DNA of 64,000 nt from Antedon mediterranea (taxonomy: Eukaryota; Animalia; Echinodermata). This document shows, piece by piece, positions 1-14,491 of the stretch; the first letter of the stretch is position 1; the number at the start of each line of letters is the position of its first letter. The notes under the pieces are model-generated. The model did no database searches, was not told the DNA's origin, and worked only from the letters and a program-made list of their open reading frames with translations. Where the stretch lies: contig NC_092673.1 of the NCBI RefSeq assembly GCF_964355755.1, positions 30,315,648 to 30,379,647 on the forward strand, written 5' to 3'. Position numbers and translations under genes: made by a program.

Positions 1-160
1 GTTATAGTATTGAGCTGGGATTTGGCATGAACATACTACAGGGACATGTCCTCAAAGCTATAGAGCCGGATTTTTAATTTTTTGTTAATTAATTTGTTTA
101 ATTAAGAAGCCACAATGTGTGACACACACCACAGCATTATGTAGTTATATGGTTATATGC

Positions 161-233
161 GGATTCTTGGCGTAGTGGTTATCACGTTTGCTTAACACGC
201 AGAAGGTACCTGGTTCGAGCCCGGACGAAACCT
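161..233 (+). tRNA. tRNA-Val(AAC)-like gene or pseudogene, copy 1
   Basis: GGATTCT-TGGCGTAGTGGTTATCACG-TTTGC TTAACAC GCAGA-AGGTA-CCTGG TTCGAGC CCGGA-CGAAACC; A and B boxes, anticodon AAC, followed by a long T run (Pol III terminator); mismatches in acceptor, D and T stems suggest decay. Confidence 0.75.
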
Positions 234-444
234 TTTTTTTTTAATTTATGGTGAAAAGTACTGTATACGCAATATGATAATTATACAGAGTATATCTTAT
301 TTTTATTATTTTTTAAAATACTTATTTTGTGTAATCGGTAATTATCACTTTTACACATGTTTATTTTGCTTTGTGCTTATTACCATTTATTTGTAATTTA
401 AATGGATTAAAAAACTTTCTGTAACCCACATTTTTAATGTAAGA

Positions 445-516
445 GGTTTCGTAGTGTAGTGGTTGTCAAGTCTGCTTAACACGCAGAAGGTCCCGGTTCG
501 AGCCCTGGCGAAACCT
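445..516 (+). tRNA. tRNA-Val(AAC)-like gene or pseudogene, copy 2
   Basis: Perfect acceptor stem GGTTTCG/CGAAACC, anticodon stem TCTGC/GCAGA around TTAACAC, TTCGA T-loop; D and T arms slightly degenerate; TTTT downstream. Confidence 0.8.
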
Positions 517-2162
517 ATTTTCTTTACTTTCTAACTGTATACGTCTGTATACAGCTTCTTTCGCTGTACCCCGAGTATTGCACATTCGTGCTTGTTAAGC
601 TTCCATGCCCTTTAATTTCAAAATCTTGAATTGACCACTGAATGACTTGTTTTGTAGCTAATTAAAGAACGATAATTAGTGTAAGACTCAAGAGGCTGCT
701 AATCTACCAAATACACAGGACAGGTAATACTGGTAAGATCATAATTTTACCGCACGTTAAAAGATAGAGTGACTGACTGACTGCCATATATTCTCAACTG
801 TTTAAATTGTATTTCTAAATGTAAAGTTGCAATAAAACGCTCTAGTAGGCTTAGGCTAAGGAATTATGAAATTTTTATGTGACATTTTTGTAACTAATAA
901 AAATATGTATGTTGACACATAATTGATCATATGAAATATAGTATGTACTGTATTTCATTAAATATAGCTTTTTTTTTGTGCAAAAATATCATGGATTGCT
1001 AGATTTAATAATTTGATAAATTTATTTTAAATTAATAACCTCTGCTCCTACAGTATTAATTGCATATAATGTTCAATCTGCCAACATTACCTACAGTAAT
1101 TCTCAGTCAATCACTGTGTCAGAAAACAATTCAAATTAAACAAGGACAAATTTGTGTAAAAATTGTTTGTCAATTATTTACTACTTTATAACTTTTTTTT
1201 ATACTTACAATTACAATCAATTTTAATGTAATATTTACTATGATTATTATTATGAATATGAATTAATTAAAACTACTAAATAACATATATTTTTAATTAT
1301 TATTATTATTACTTACTACTACTATTACTAAATACTAAAGAAAATATTTTAAGATTCATAGCTTAAATTAATATACAGTAGCTCCAAGTAATTCATTTTT
1401 TTCAATCAAAATCTTCAAATTAGGCTAGAGTAGTTGGGTGGCTTTTGCTTAAAAGAGATTGAATCACTCACTATTCAACCAAAAACATTACCATCTGAAA
1501 GGAGAAGATTGTTTTAAGAAATTTTTTATTAAAATTGCAAATTGGTTTCAAAAGTTATATCATGGGTTCAATCCAAAACAGAGTCTAATAATTATACTGT
1601 CAATTTGTTTTATCATTAAACAATTTTGTTCTTCTTGTTCTTTCTAAGTTCTTCATTTGCCTATTTATTAATTCAATTCAACATTTATTTCGACCAAAAT
1701 CAACATGTATACAACCAAGAAACAACTTAAATAAATCCAAAAGACTATACCATTTGTGGAGAGGGGAATTCGATGAAAACCTCTACTTTTCGAGTTATAT
1801 CTCACTCTTCAAGGAGAAGGGGCTATTGTTGGTTTATCCAGGTAAGCTAGGCACGAAATAGACAAATATATCCAAAAGACTGACAATTACCAGTCAATTG
1901 AATGCAGAGAACATTTTTTTTCTGCCAAAAAGATTCTAAATTTATACAATGCATAATACTATCTTTTTTCTTGAATTGGGTTAAAATGTCACACCCTAAA
2001 GTTTGTTTATGGTTTGCTGTTAATAATGACAACAGACTGAATAATCATTTTAGAATAAACAATAAAATGGTAAACAATGTTTACACATCAATAAACCTCA
2101 ACAACAATTACAGAAAATAACAGAAAATATGTACATTCCAACAGTTAAACTAACTGTACTGA

Positions 2163-2930
2163 GGCCCTGTTTCTGCTGCCAACTAAATACCGTATATTAT
2201 ACGGTATTTTTTGAATACCGTATATATACGGTATATTTTTGGCAGCAGAAACTGCGCTCATAAAAAATATACCGTATTTTGTATACCGTATTTTTTTTTT
2301 ACGGTATTTACAAATTTATACCGTATTTTTTGTACCCGTTTCTGCTGCCAATAAAAAATACCGAATTTTTTTTTTACATGACAAAAGGTCAACATTAGTG
2401 TTTTTATTTTCTGTCGCTGTACACACGTGTATAGATATATTCGGTGAAAATGTGGAGCAAAGACGTCACAGTTTCACTAAATAAATGTGTGTGGGGAAGC
2501 TAAAATGTCTGGCCAACTAAAAGGTAATAAAAGGGACAACCACATTTATAAAGACATTTCTAAAAAAATAAAGCAGGAGTATGGAATAGACTTGTCTCCA
2601 AAGCAAGTAAACTCAAAGCTGAAGAGCCTGCGAAAGCAGTACAACATTGCAAAATACAATAACTCGGGGAGGGAACGAATTAATTGTCCCCATTACGATG
2701 TTTTCTGTACTCTCACAACATCTCTATCACAAGGGCTAGGCTGTTGAAAGTGAGACGTAAAACTTCCTTTATTGCGACTTTTAATTATCGATCAAATAAA
2801 TGAATGGCAATTTGGGTAAAAAAGATGAAATTTAACACGACCACCCAAGAAGTATTGTTAGCAGAAATGGGGGTATAAAAAATACCGTATTTTATACCGT
2901 ATTTTGAGCAGTTGCAGCAGAAACAGGCCC
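2163..2930. mobile_element. Non-autonomous PIF/Harbinger-like DNA transposon
   Basis: TIRs GGCCCTGTTTCTGCTGC ... GCAGCAGAAACAGGCCC, many subterminal ATACCGTAT motifs, internal Myb/SANT-like ORF remnant; no clean TSD seen. Confidence 0.75.
2487..2747 (+). pseudogene. Myb/SANT-like (trihelix) DNA-binding domain remnant of the Harbinger element
   Basis: LKGNKRDNHIYKDISKKIKQEYGIDLSPKQVNSKLKSLRKQY...SGRERINCPHYD resembles the Myb/SANT-like ORF that accompanies Harbinger transposases. Confidence 0.65.
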
Positions 2931-3295
2931 TATGAGATCAAAGTAAAATGTATGCTACTGTACTAATACACTTCATGTGAGTTAGGGTATCCTTTAAAAG
3001 TTTGAGATATTAGAGATGAGACAACCTTTAATAAACAGTACTTTAAGAGGTTATAAAGTGGCTTCTTGTGGGTGCTGGAGGTAAAATCAAGGGCCTAGAG
3101 ATGGAAAGAGATAAAATAAACATCACAACTCATTTTACCAACAATTACAATGTTTTGCCAAACTATTAAATCATAAAATAAAATGTATCAATTTGTAATA
3201 CTGTATTTGCATTTTGTTTGGAACTATATAACTTAGATTAATAAATTATTTTTTTTAATTTTTAATACCACACACAAACTCAAATTCATTTGAAG

Positions 3296-3415
3296 TAGTG
3301 AAGCTGTAGCTTGGTGGTTAACAATAACATGTTGTGCCTTCTGATCCCAAGGTCCAGGTTTCAATTCTGACCTAGTGCCATGACCCAAGCCTCAAATGAG
3401 ACTTAGTTTGTAAAG
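3296..3415 (+). repeat. Degenerate tRNA-derived SINE head (tentative)
   Basis: A-box-like TAGCTTGGTGG and B-box-like GGTTTCAATTC at tRNA-like spacing; no full cloverleaf. Confidence 0.3.
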
Positions 3416-4240
3416 CATGATAAATTATAAAATAGTTTATCCATCCTGTAATTGGCGAGTTACGCGCTGTTGGATGCCTACCAAATCGCAAAAATCGAAA
3501 GTGCAATAATTACAAATATTGCATAATATAAATGGTAAATTATAATGCCAGTTGCTGGTGAAACGCTGAACAACGAAGTCAAATGCTAATTTTCAGTATT
3601 CACAATCACAGTACTGTCTTGATTAACAAGAGTGCTTTAGTGAAACTGAAAATAATAATAATCATTTGATAGAAGGTCAAGTAGAGGTCGTCTATAATTG
3701 AACAATCAATACAGAGTAATAATGAACATGGGGGCCAGGGACAAACAACCAATACAATGGCAGCTCTACTACAGTAGATATACTGTAGTACATGTCATAA
3801 CAATGCAATCACAGCTGTCGCCAAAACACATCCTAAACAATACAATATGAATACTGAACACAAAGGGATGAGTTGAAATGTGTTCAACCATGATATTCAT
3901 CTGTGTGAAGACACTATTGTTCATCATACCACCATGGAGAAATAACTCTATGATCATACACAGTGTTTAGAGATGATACACATTTTGAGATTTTACAGTA
4001 TGTCAAATTATATATTCCTATTGACTATTGTTAATGTTAATTATCATCCCAAATTATTATACTGTACAGACTAATATACTTGTAGTGTATTATTTAAAAT
4101 TTTACAAAATAAAAATACATTTTAAAATTATTACAGGCAAAAAAAATATATAACATTTAAGCATCACCACGAACCACAACTGATTTTCGAGCTACCTCTG
4201 TTTAAAAAAAATTGTATCTAAAAAAATGACCAATATTAAT

Positions 4241-6255
4241 AGGTATCCCAATGTAAAAATTCAAATTAATGATGGTACTTTTTCTTTCAGTTAATCAGAA
4301 GGAACTTACTGAACATAAACTTTTGCAATTTAAATGATTGAAATCGGATTATCCATTCAAAAGTTATGGTCCGTTAAAGTGCCCAAAAAACAGTGATTTT
4401 TGCTTGAAAAATGGCACTTTTTCTAATTCTATTTGAACCCATTTTTGAAGGGTTATAACTTTTATACTAATAATTTTAAAGTTCTTATTTTTTCCAAACC
4501 CATAGATACAACAGAGTTGTACAAGAAAAAATTTTTTTTGGGTGTCCTCGACATTTTTTTTTTTAGATATCGCCCTACAAAATTCGTCCGACGGCTTTTT
4601 ACGCGTGATTTTCCCAATGCCTCAAAAATGTCCAAAAAGTTCCTGTCTTTAAATGATTCATAACTTTTGAACCAATGTGTGAATTAACTTCTTTTTTTTT
4701 GCATTACATAAAATGTAATATGTATTTTAGTAAGGTTATTTATATTGACAGGTAGGTAATTCTGAAATACAACATAAAATATTGTTAAAAAATGTTAAAA
4801 TGTGAAAAAAAAAATATTGCGTTAAAAAACTGTGTGGGTATTGTTTCTTTTCATTAAATATTATTTTTCGTAAGTATACATTTTTTTAATAATTCTAGTA
4901 TTTAAAGTTATATTTATAATCATATATTATTTAAATTGATTTTCGAACCGCCAAAAATAAGAATTAAGCCCGTGCTTATTATGTGTTCGATTCCATTTGG
5001 AGCGCCGGGCCGAACGTAGACTCGGCCGCGCCTACTACAAGTTAAGATAGGCCCCTAGCTTGCTAAGGTCTAAATAAAAGCCTGACGCTAAATTCTGCCT
5101 AAGAAATATCGGGAAGAAATTTTTTATTTAACAAAGTAATTACCTCAATGGTATAATTGTAGCATGTTTAATTTTATTTTCCTTTCGATTATTCTAACCG
5201 AAAGTTGCACTTTGAATTGAAATATACGGAATAAAATTTAGGCCTAGAAACAGCGTAGACATACAACGGCAACACACAGGCCAAAGCGCGTTTCGGCCGC
5301 CTACATAGAATGGCTTACGGCCGCTGCATAGCAAAATCAAAGCTTCTTAAATTTCTTCGGTACATTTCTTCCTAACGTACTTGCTTTATATAGTAGATTT
5401 ATAAATATTCCACTTATTAAATAATTTAATAAATCGGTAAAATTGACGTTTCGAAGCATGAGAGGCGACATTTTTCGACATGCCTCGTGTGCGGCGAAGA
5501 CTAGTTCAGAAAATGGAACAGTCCACTGCAGGGGTTATCCAATCATTAATTAACGCGCTAATACATGCATACCATGCACATTGTCTGGGCGATGATAATT
5601 TAGTAATAAGCGGAGAACTGAATCCCCCCCGTAAGGAAAATGGTAAACACTGATATTTATGGTAGGGATTATTTTTTTCAGTGGTTGGTCTTGTTGGCCT
5701 CTTCGCACGAGGTCCACGCAAAGTCAAATAAAACGATGTAGTTTATCAAACAGAAATATAAATTAGCTTCAATTCAATACTAAATTAGCCAGATTTTGAT
5801 AATGAGAAAGACTAAAAAATTCAATTTTTATCGTTAAAATTGACATTTGAGGCGGATGTACATAATAATAATAACCGATTTACATATCAAAATAAAGAGT
5901 ATTTAAAGCCTGATAACATGCAACAAAAATTACTCCACCACCTATTATGGACCTCGTGCGATCGTGTTTTGAAAATGGGTAGGTGTTTTCCAAAGTTATT
6001 TTTAGCGCGCGGATTTCGGCTCGCCGGCTTTTGTACCTCATTTTTAACTTGCGTTTTCTATTAAAATATTTAATAAACATAGATTAAAAATATATAAAAA
6101 TAATCCCTTAAACAAGATCTTTCCAGACATATAATTTTTATTCACATGTGTATATCAGAAATAGTATATTTTTAACTTCAAAGACACGTCACTTTTTGAA
6201 ATTTCACGAACGTGTTAAAATCGCGGTAACGAAAATCCGCTTCATTGGGATACCT
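4241..6255. mobile_element. ~2-kb non-autonomous TIR DNA transposon, possibly Mutator-like
   Basis: TIR AGGTATCCCAATG ... CATTGGGATACCT; flanks AATATTAAT / AATATTAAA (8 of 9 match, candidate 9-bp TSD); no transposase ORF. Confidence 0.6.
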
Positions 6256-6978
6256 AATATTAAAAACAACAAAAAATTCAACATGCTTAACAAATATATT
6301 TTTAATTTTATTTTAACTATTCAAATCCAGCTTTTTGATTAAGGTTTGCTATAAATAATACTATTATTCAATATGTGATAAAGTTGTAATTTACGACCTA
6401 CTGTACTATACTACTATTTATTGTTATTTGTTTGTTCTTTATATATTTTTGGTAGTCTGATTATTAACGTACCAATCCATACTAACTTATATATTTAATG
6501 AAATCTAAACATTTTTAATTTAAACTTTTGGGGATCTTATGAATACAAAGGAATTCTTAAATTGTGTTCTTTTAAATCTGTCAACACTTGACAACATACT
6601 AACAGTAACTGGAAATAATTTCATGGGTGGATTGCTTTTAAGTGGTTTACCTTGAAGTTTAGAAATGGTGTTGAAATGGTGTTGAAATGGAGAGTAAGAA
6701 CCACTTGAAAAATTGTTTGACTTTCCCAGAAATAAATGAGGGGCAATGGTTTAATAATACAACCAATCCTAATCAGGGGAACATGTTGTTGGGCTTTTCC
6801 AGAAAGGTACAATCAATTTATACATAAGGATATTTTTTGTTTCTTTAAATGGCAAAATCTACCAAAACTTTGTATTATATTAAACCACATTTAAACACTG
6901 AAAGAAATCATGTTAACAATTAAAAAAATAATAAAATTTGAGAAAAAGAACATTTTTTGAGCAAGAAAAATATATTTA

Positions 6979-7206
<228 letters not shown>

Positions 7207-7877
7207 TTAGAAAATTCTTCTGGCTTTCACAAAAGAAAGTGGTCAATAATAAACTGTTGTTACAATGTACGTGGGAAATTCCAATTAATGTAGAATATTC
7301 TAGATTGATTGTCATTATAATCAATTTCTGAACAATTACACTATGCTGGTTAACATGAAAAAAGGAATGATAAAAGTTTACAATAGTTTAGTATAGAAAT
7401 CAATGGGTATGAGGTAGATATCATCAAACGAACAAACCAAAAGAGGTGTTGGCCATCAGTACAGTTACCTTTCTGATTGTCCTAGCAAAACTCTGAAATT
7501 CAGGGAATAATTTCGCCAGTGTAGCATAGCAAAAAGCTATACAAAACAACCTTCTTGCTACACATTTCTACAATTGTGTAGCAAAAAATATGATAGAAAA
7601 CTATGATTCTCGACTAAAAAATCAGTTTGATTCGCAATATTGCTAAACAAAATTTTAAAATGAAATTTTTCCCTGAAATTTACACACACCAGCGGGGAAC
7701 ATATCATACAAATACAAAGCACATGTGTTGATGTTTCCAGTTTTGTAAGGCGATGTGTACAGTAAAGGATTTATTTATTAATAACGGTTTACAGATGGTC
7801 ACAGAAAACTAGGCACGAAATGTACTGAAGCTGTGTGTACACTAATAAAACTAGTTTTACAAAAAGTGTGATGTGAC

Positions 7878-8021
7878 CAAATATAGTAGTGATATGCTCA
7901 AATATGGTAGTGATATGCTCAAATATGGTAGTGATATGCTCAAATATGGTAGTGATATGCTCAAATATGGTAGTGATATGCTCAAATATGGTAGTGATAT
8001 GCTCAAATATGGTAGTGATAT
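7878..8021. repeat. 21-bp minisatellite, ~7 copies
   Basis: CAAATATGGTAGTGATATGCT tandem units, near identical, in FAM102 intron 1. Confidence 0.95.
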
Positions 8022-10499
8022 GACATCTATACAGTAAGTTTGACAGTGTGCACAGGGCTTTAATACAAGTAATATAATCAATTGTTTTAATCTTTTATCT
8101 TTTCATATTTTAATATACTGAATGTTTAAAAAAAAAGAGAAAAAAAAAAATGAAATAAGAAAATTAACAAATTGTATGGAAAAAAAGATAGTTTAAACTG
8201 AAAATTTGGATTTTTAAAAATATTCCCAGTAATAATTACAATCACCTTTTCAGCCTCTCTTTACAAATTTTGTTACGCATGAATAGCGTCGCCGTACTCT
8301 TAATTTTCTATAAATAATTTAAGAAATGTCAATGGGTGTTTACAGGACACCAGTGCTAAATTCCTACAGTATCTCTACACTTAGTTCATTGGCCTGATTC
8401 ATATACTGAATAAAACTTATTTCAATTGTACACAGAAGCTCTACTGTAGATTTACATTTTATTTAAACAGCCAATAGGAAACAATTTACAGGTAAAATAA
8501 AAAACCACAAACGTTAATAAATGGTGGCAGCCCTAATACAGTTACTGTTATTAGGAAATTATCAGTTTTAGATTTTCTATTCAACCGATCCTTTTAAAAA
8601 AACATTTTTTTAATATAAATTGTTAAATTCTCAACACATACATTACAAGAATTTAAAGAACGTGTCCTAAATCTAACCAAACATGCATGGTATTTTGGTC
8701 TATTGAAATAATTACTGTACAATTCTGTTACTCATTGAAAGAAATTGAATGACCTGACCAATCATAGATACAGTAATTCTCAACCACAATCATGCTTTGA
8801 ATTAAATACTTACAAAACGGTTTTAGTGTAAAAACTATTAAAAATAATTGCTTAATTAAGTCAAATCTTATCAGTAAAAAATAAAATTCTTCAAATAAAA
8901 AATAAATGTATGACTTAATAATAATACTGTACAGTACAGTATAATAAAAGGAAACAGACGTAAAAATCGTCAAACGTAAACAAAGTACAATTTTTTAGCC
9001 AAAATGATTCATTTATAAATAAGTAATCAAATTGTTGAAAGAATGTAAAAACAATAGCCGACAGGAAATAATGTCATTAATTAATTCAACAGAAAATTGA
9101 ATACAGCAAATAAATAGTTAGTCAGTATCAGAAGTAAAAAGTCTAATCTATTATTCGCTCTGAGTTCCATCACTCTTTCCTGGTCAGTATTTAGTACCAT
9201 ACAGTACACTACACCCAGTAAAGTAATTCAGCAGATCCCAGTCTGGTCCCCCTAAATTTTGAAGATAGGACCAGTTAATTAAGCTATGCACTGCATTTCT
9301 TTTAAACCATTTTTAGGACCTCTCCGCCCCCATTTTCAAGCTCCTGGTTCCGCCACTGTAAATGCTGGAAAGTTTTTGAAATTCAATTTATTTTATTATA
9401 AACATATTTTATCTAGTACAGGATTAAAAAAATCAGTTATAGATAGATGTAGCACCTGTTTTATATATGGTTCTGTGTTAGGTAGCCTACCTGAGCAAGT
9501 ACTATCTAAGTAAGTACAGTTAAAAGAGTTCATTATTACTGTGATTAGTGGAGTGTGGTAAACTGTATAGTTGGTTCAAGGTAGGAAAGGGTAGTCATGT
9601 TCAATGACAACTCTAAACAATGAATCTACTGGTACTTTCACTGTACAACAATGAGGTTTTTTTGTGTAGGTGCAATCTTGTTTGTCATGGTTATCATAGC
9701 AGTAACATTATTAAAATCTGTTTACTAATACCATTGTGTCGTCATGCAGCAAGTGCCTGTGGGCTTAATTGTTAAGTTACTGTACTGTATTGGGAAATAC
9801 CTTTTGGAAACTTTGTATTTAACCATTTTTTTTGGACATATTTGTATATAAACCGACCACATTTTTTAAAATGACACAATTGCAATCTAGACTACATTTC
9901 CTTTTTAAGGCAGTAGAGGAAAGATGGAGCAAAACATTTTGATAAAATTTATAAATATATTAATTACAGTGGCTACATCTACAGTACGCCTACAGTACAG
10001 TAGGCGTAAATGCAATCCACATGCTATATCTACGAAGATTGGGTCTCTGGCCTTCAAAAACCTAAAAAAAAAAAAACATCATCCCACTAGGCAAATTGTG
10101 AGAAAAGATGGTCAATAAAAGAGAATGGTAAGTCAAAAATAAAAATGATACAATTGGTTTTGTGATATTGTGATACCTACTATGTACTGCCCATTCAGCC
10201 ACTTTGACTGGCTTACAATGTACCAATATCACAAGACATTTGGCAATGACTGGTCTTCTATCAAAAAAGCCATAGCACCCCTGATATTACAGTCTGTAGA
10301 TATTTTATTTACTCCAAAGCGTATATGCAGTGAGTTCGGTCCACATTACTCTTGTGTCAAAAAATTTGTTCCGTTTAGTTGAGTTCCATCTAGGCATAGG
10401 CCCTATATTTCTTTAATTTGAAAGTTGAGCCTCGAGTGATATTAAACTGTTTAATTTAACGTAATTACATTTAATTTAAATAATTTCATTCATAACTTA

Positions 10500-10661
<162 letters not shown>

Positions 10662-11130
10662 TTATTATAAAAGATTTCATGAATATTTTAAATCTTTCAA
10701 TCAGTCGTAAGTACAATCTATCTTTGGTTAATAAAATCCGTGCTAGGCACCGGTAAACTCAATATTTCCACTCAATAATACTGGGATGAACAAACACTGC
10801 CCCGCAAAAATCCTGCTGATGAGCCAGCTGACCACGTAGTATAGTAGACCGGCCCTAGCTAGCCTAGGCTGGCATCTGCTGGGCTGGGTGATATGAGCAA
10901 TATAGCCTTACGTGCATATAAACCTTATAATCCTTCGCATTAAAATACACTTATTAAACGGTTTTACATCTATAAAATACTTTAGAGTTACATACTGTCA
11001 TATATTGTTAATATTCGGTGAACTTCAACAATAAATTTAAAGAAAATCGGTGACGTTTTTATTGTTTTTGTGTGTGTTATAAAAACCGTCGCGAACTTTA
11101 CCACACCACCAACGTACGTAGTGTGTCTTG

Positions 11131-11151
11131 ACGCATGCGCACTTGCACGTG
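11131..11151. promoter_or_regulatory. Candidate FAM102 promoter motifs (NRF1-like site and E-box)
   Basis: ACGCATGCGCA and CACGTG in a CpG-enriched patch ~500 bp upstream of the ATG. Confidence 0.4.
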
Positions 11152-14100
11152 TGTGATGGGTCGCCAGTTTGATTATTTTATTTATTTTTAAAATTTATTT
11201 TATTGTTTCTCACTTGTGTAAAACAGTGAAACTTTAAACACTGTATTAAAATAAAAATACATTAAAAGCAAAAGTTAAAAAAAAAGTCCCAAATAAATAG
11301 ATATAATAAATATCACCGTTAAAATCAAGTAAATATAGTTTTTGCGGTGTTTGCCTTTCTTACTTAAAGAGAAAGAGAAAAGAGAAAAGTCCCAAAGAGG
11401 GGGTAGTATATTTTAACATACTATTTTTGGGGGGACTTTTGGGACTTAAAATAAGTACAGTACAGAGTTTCAACGGCTCTGAAATAATACTCTGATAGCG
11501 TCGGAGAAGAACTTGTACCACCGATCCAAGTTAGCTGCGTTTTTCCCCGTAGGATCACTTTGAAGGTAGAGTCACACGGAAAACAGCTAAAGGAATTAAG
11601 GAATTAATACATAATATGCATACGAAAACAAAATATATTTATTTTTGTCACTTCTGGAAATACAACAGTAGGCCTATAGCCCACGGTACATTCCTGATGT
11701 AATGAGTTTTGTTGAATATGTCATTTTAATGTCACATAATAGTTATTCACTTTGACAACAAATTGGATCGAAAAATACAAACCGTAATTTAAAGCAAAAT
11801 ATATTTATATTGACTAGAAGTCAATATGGGGTTTTGATTGAATTTACCGTTATGTTGTCTTTTCAGTTTTTATTTCAACAGAAGTGATTGACTGCGAAAA
11901 TGGGATATTCAAAGTCTTTTTTATTAATCTTCATTGTTCATGTTTTTGGAGGACAAAGCATGAGGTATTGCACAAGGAATCGTCAAAGTTATAGCATAAA
12001 AAAACAAGTGTGAGTAAATTAATTTCTTAATCTATTTGTACTGCACTTTTTAGGGCGTAAATGGCATTTGAATATAGTAAAAATATTCTTATATTATACT
12101 TTTATTTCTTTCGGTTCCTCATAGTACATATTCAATTCAAGTTTACAACATTTATTTTATTTCCAAAAATAATAATATAATTCTTTTCAGGGTTGTTATT
12201 GTTTTGATGATCTTTGACCCATGTCTCAGAACGCAACAGTTAAAACTAATTTGACGTAAGATCCTATGATCTGGTTTTCCCCGGAAAGTTTAGAAAATAG
12301 TCATGTAAAACAGTTTCTCTTCTCATTGATTTCTTCAACACGGATCAAGAATGAAGAGTCCACAGCAGATTATTCTGACAAATGTAAATGTAAATACTAT
12401 AGGCCTACAGCATATTCATGAATCAATTGAATCACACATGCGGTTGTTCTTGTTGGAAGTAAGTTCGATTTCTCACGAATTAGTTTTTGAAAAGAGAAAT
12501 GCATGTTATAATGTATAATATTCAAAATGTTATTTATTTGAATATGCATTATTCAGTGTTTTTTTGTACCGACGTATTATTAAACAAAATGTTTTTTTAG
12601 TCTCACGTGGCTACCGTACTTCATGTTTTAGGTTGACCATAATTACGTTTATGATGGTTATAATTACTCTATGGTTGTACTTTTCAAGTAAATGCAGCAG
12701 ATCGTTATTTAAAAGGAAGTTATATAGCCAACGTAAAAAGTGGATAGGAGGCAGGCCTATCAATCGAGGGAAATTGATCGTGTTGATTTTCATCTTTCTA
12801 GTGATATGATTTTCTAAAATGACTGCATGTTGTATTGTTTAGTTTATTGCAGGTCTATAATTATACTATTTAGCTACGACATTAGTTTATTTATAATATT
12901 TACATTTAACGACGTGGTGTTTCCACATTAGTGAATTACGAATGTTTACAGATTTTAACATTTGAGCGTTTCCTAGTAGAAGGCTTTGTGAAATTGACGT
13001 CGACAAACACGTGTCCTCTATTGTTAGTGTTCAATACCGTAACAATGTGCCATGGGCTGTAGTTTCTGCATTTGTTTATATTCGCTTACAGTTAAGATAC
13101 AAAATGGCGAGTTCCAGACAGAACTTAGAATTGCACCTGAACTATACTGATGCGCCTACGACAGAAATTATTCAGACATTGATTACACGTTATGGCGACA
13201 ATGAAGATTTTAATACTTGGTTAGATTTGCTGGAAGATAGTACATTACGTAAATGTAAAATTACAGTGAAAATCTTTAAAGATACTAGAAACGGTCCTTC
13301 TTCTTGGAAGTAAGTTTTGCGTTTTAGATTACATAGCATATTGTCACAACACATTTTGATATCGACTAACAACAGTATTTATTTCTATTTTTTCAAACAA
13401 TTGTCGTTGGATGGATGTATTTTTTGTATTTTCGTCCCACTTTCATTCAATCAGCTATGTGTTTATATTGAAATTAAATTATATAAATCTAATACATTTC
13501 CCAATTGACGTCAACGGTGCAGATCCGTTTTTAATAGTGGGGGTGGGGGGGGGGGGGAAGTATGAAAATGAAACATTTTGCGAGCGAAGCGAGCAACCTT
13601 AGAAGGCCGCCAAGGGCGGTTCGTCCCTGGAAGGTCGGCTCTTTGAGTATACTTTATAGATGGTTTCAATTCATTTCTGAACACATACAAATTACGCCCA
13701 GAAGAATACAATTATTTTGGGTGACGCACTTTTTAGGCACTAGTCCTGATACCCCACTGGTTGTATTCACACAAAATATATACACTGTATTGGTATGTAT
13801 TTTCTGAAATTACATACGATATGTCGATAGAAGTCTTACTTTCTATTTCATTTCAACAATTCAAATACTATTATGTCTATAACTCACGATCATGTATCTT
13901 AAAGATATTATTATATTGAGGATACTATGTAGGCCTAGAAAATCGTAAATCTTTCAAGGCTGCAATTGAGAAACGTTGGGCTGACCACCCACTAAAATTT
14001 CATCGAGGGGCCTATAAGCACTGTATGCTTGGCTTCTATACCCAGGATATCCTGGGAATCAAGTAAATAAGTAGAGAAAAGAGGAAACTGTAACGGTAGT

Positions 14101-14444
14101 ATGCGTAAACGAGCTAGTGATTACGTAATTGTTGTAGAACGTATGCCTATCTGGGTTGATTTGCATAAATGCCAGGCGACGTCGACGTATAATAGAAATC
14201 TCACTGGAGTGTGGCTAGTTCAGACAATGCCAGCGTATAGAGCGGAGGTATGAGTTAGTATCAAGATATTACACTACTATGGAGAATTTACACAATAAAA
14301 TATCTCGATTGTTATAAGCCTTACGTGTTCTTTCTTACGTGTTATCTCAACTCAAAGAAGTGGCCAGTGAGGCCGCAGTTACAGAAACACATTAAGAAAA
14401 ACAAATATATATATATTGCTATGACGTTATCCAAATTCCTTCAC

Positions 14445-14491
14445 TAGCACTGATGAAGGGCTATAGTGTTAGTTGCCCGAAAGCTCTGCTA
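14445..14491 (+). ncRNA. Minimal type I hammerhead ribozyme (Penelope pLTR)
   Basis: TAGCA-CTGATGA-A-GGGC..GCCC-GAAA-GC-TC-TGCTA: intact CUGAUGA and GAAA core, helix II GGGC/GCCC, helix I TAGCA/TGCTA. Confidence 0.8.

Noticed and set aside
6621-6812. Candidate FAM102 exon 3
   Set aside because: Has a donor-like AAG|gtaaac but no similarity to the expected ELKGGK/LGFAD continuation.
7857-8081. ORF with ISLPYLS repeats
   Set aside because: Translation of the 21-bp minisatellite.
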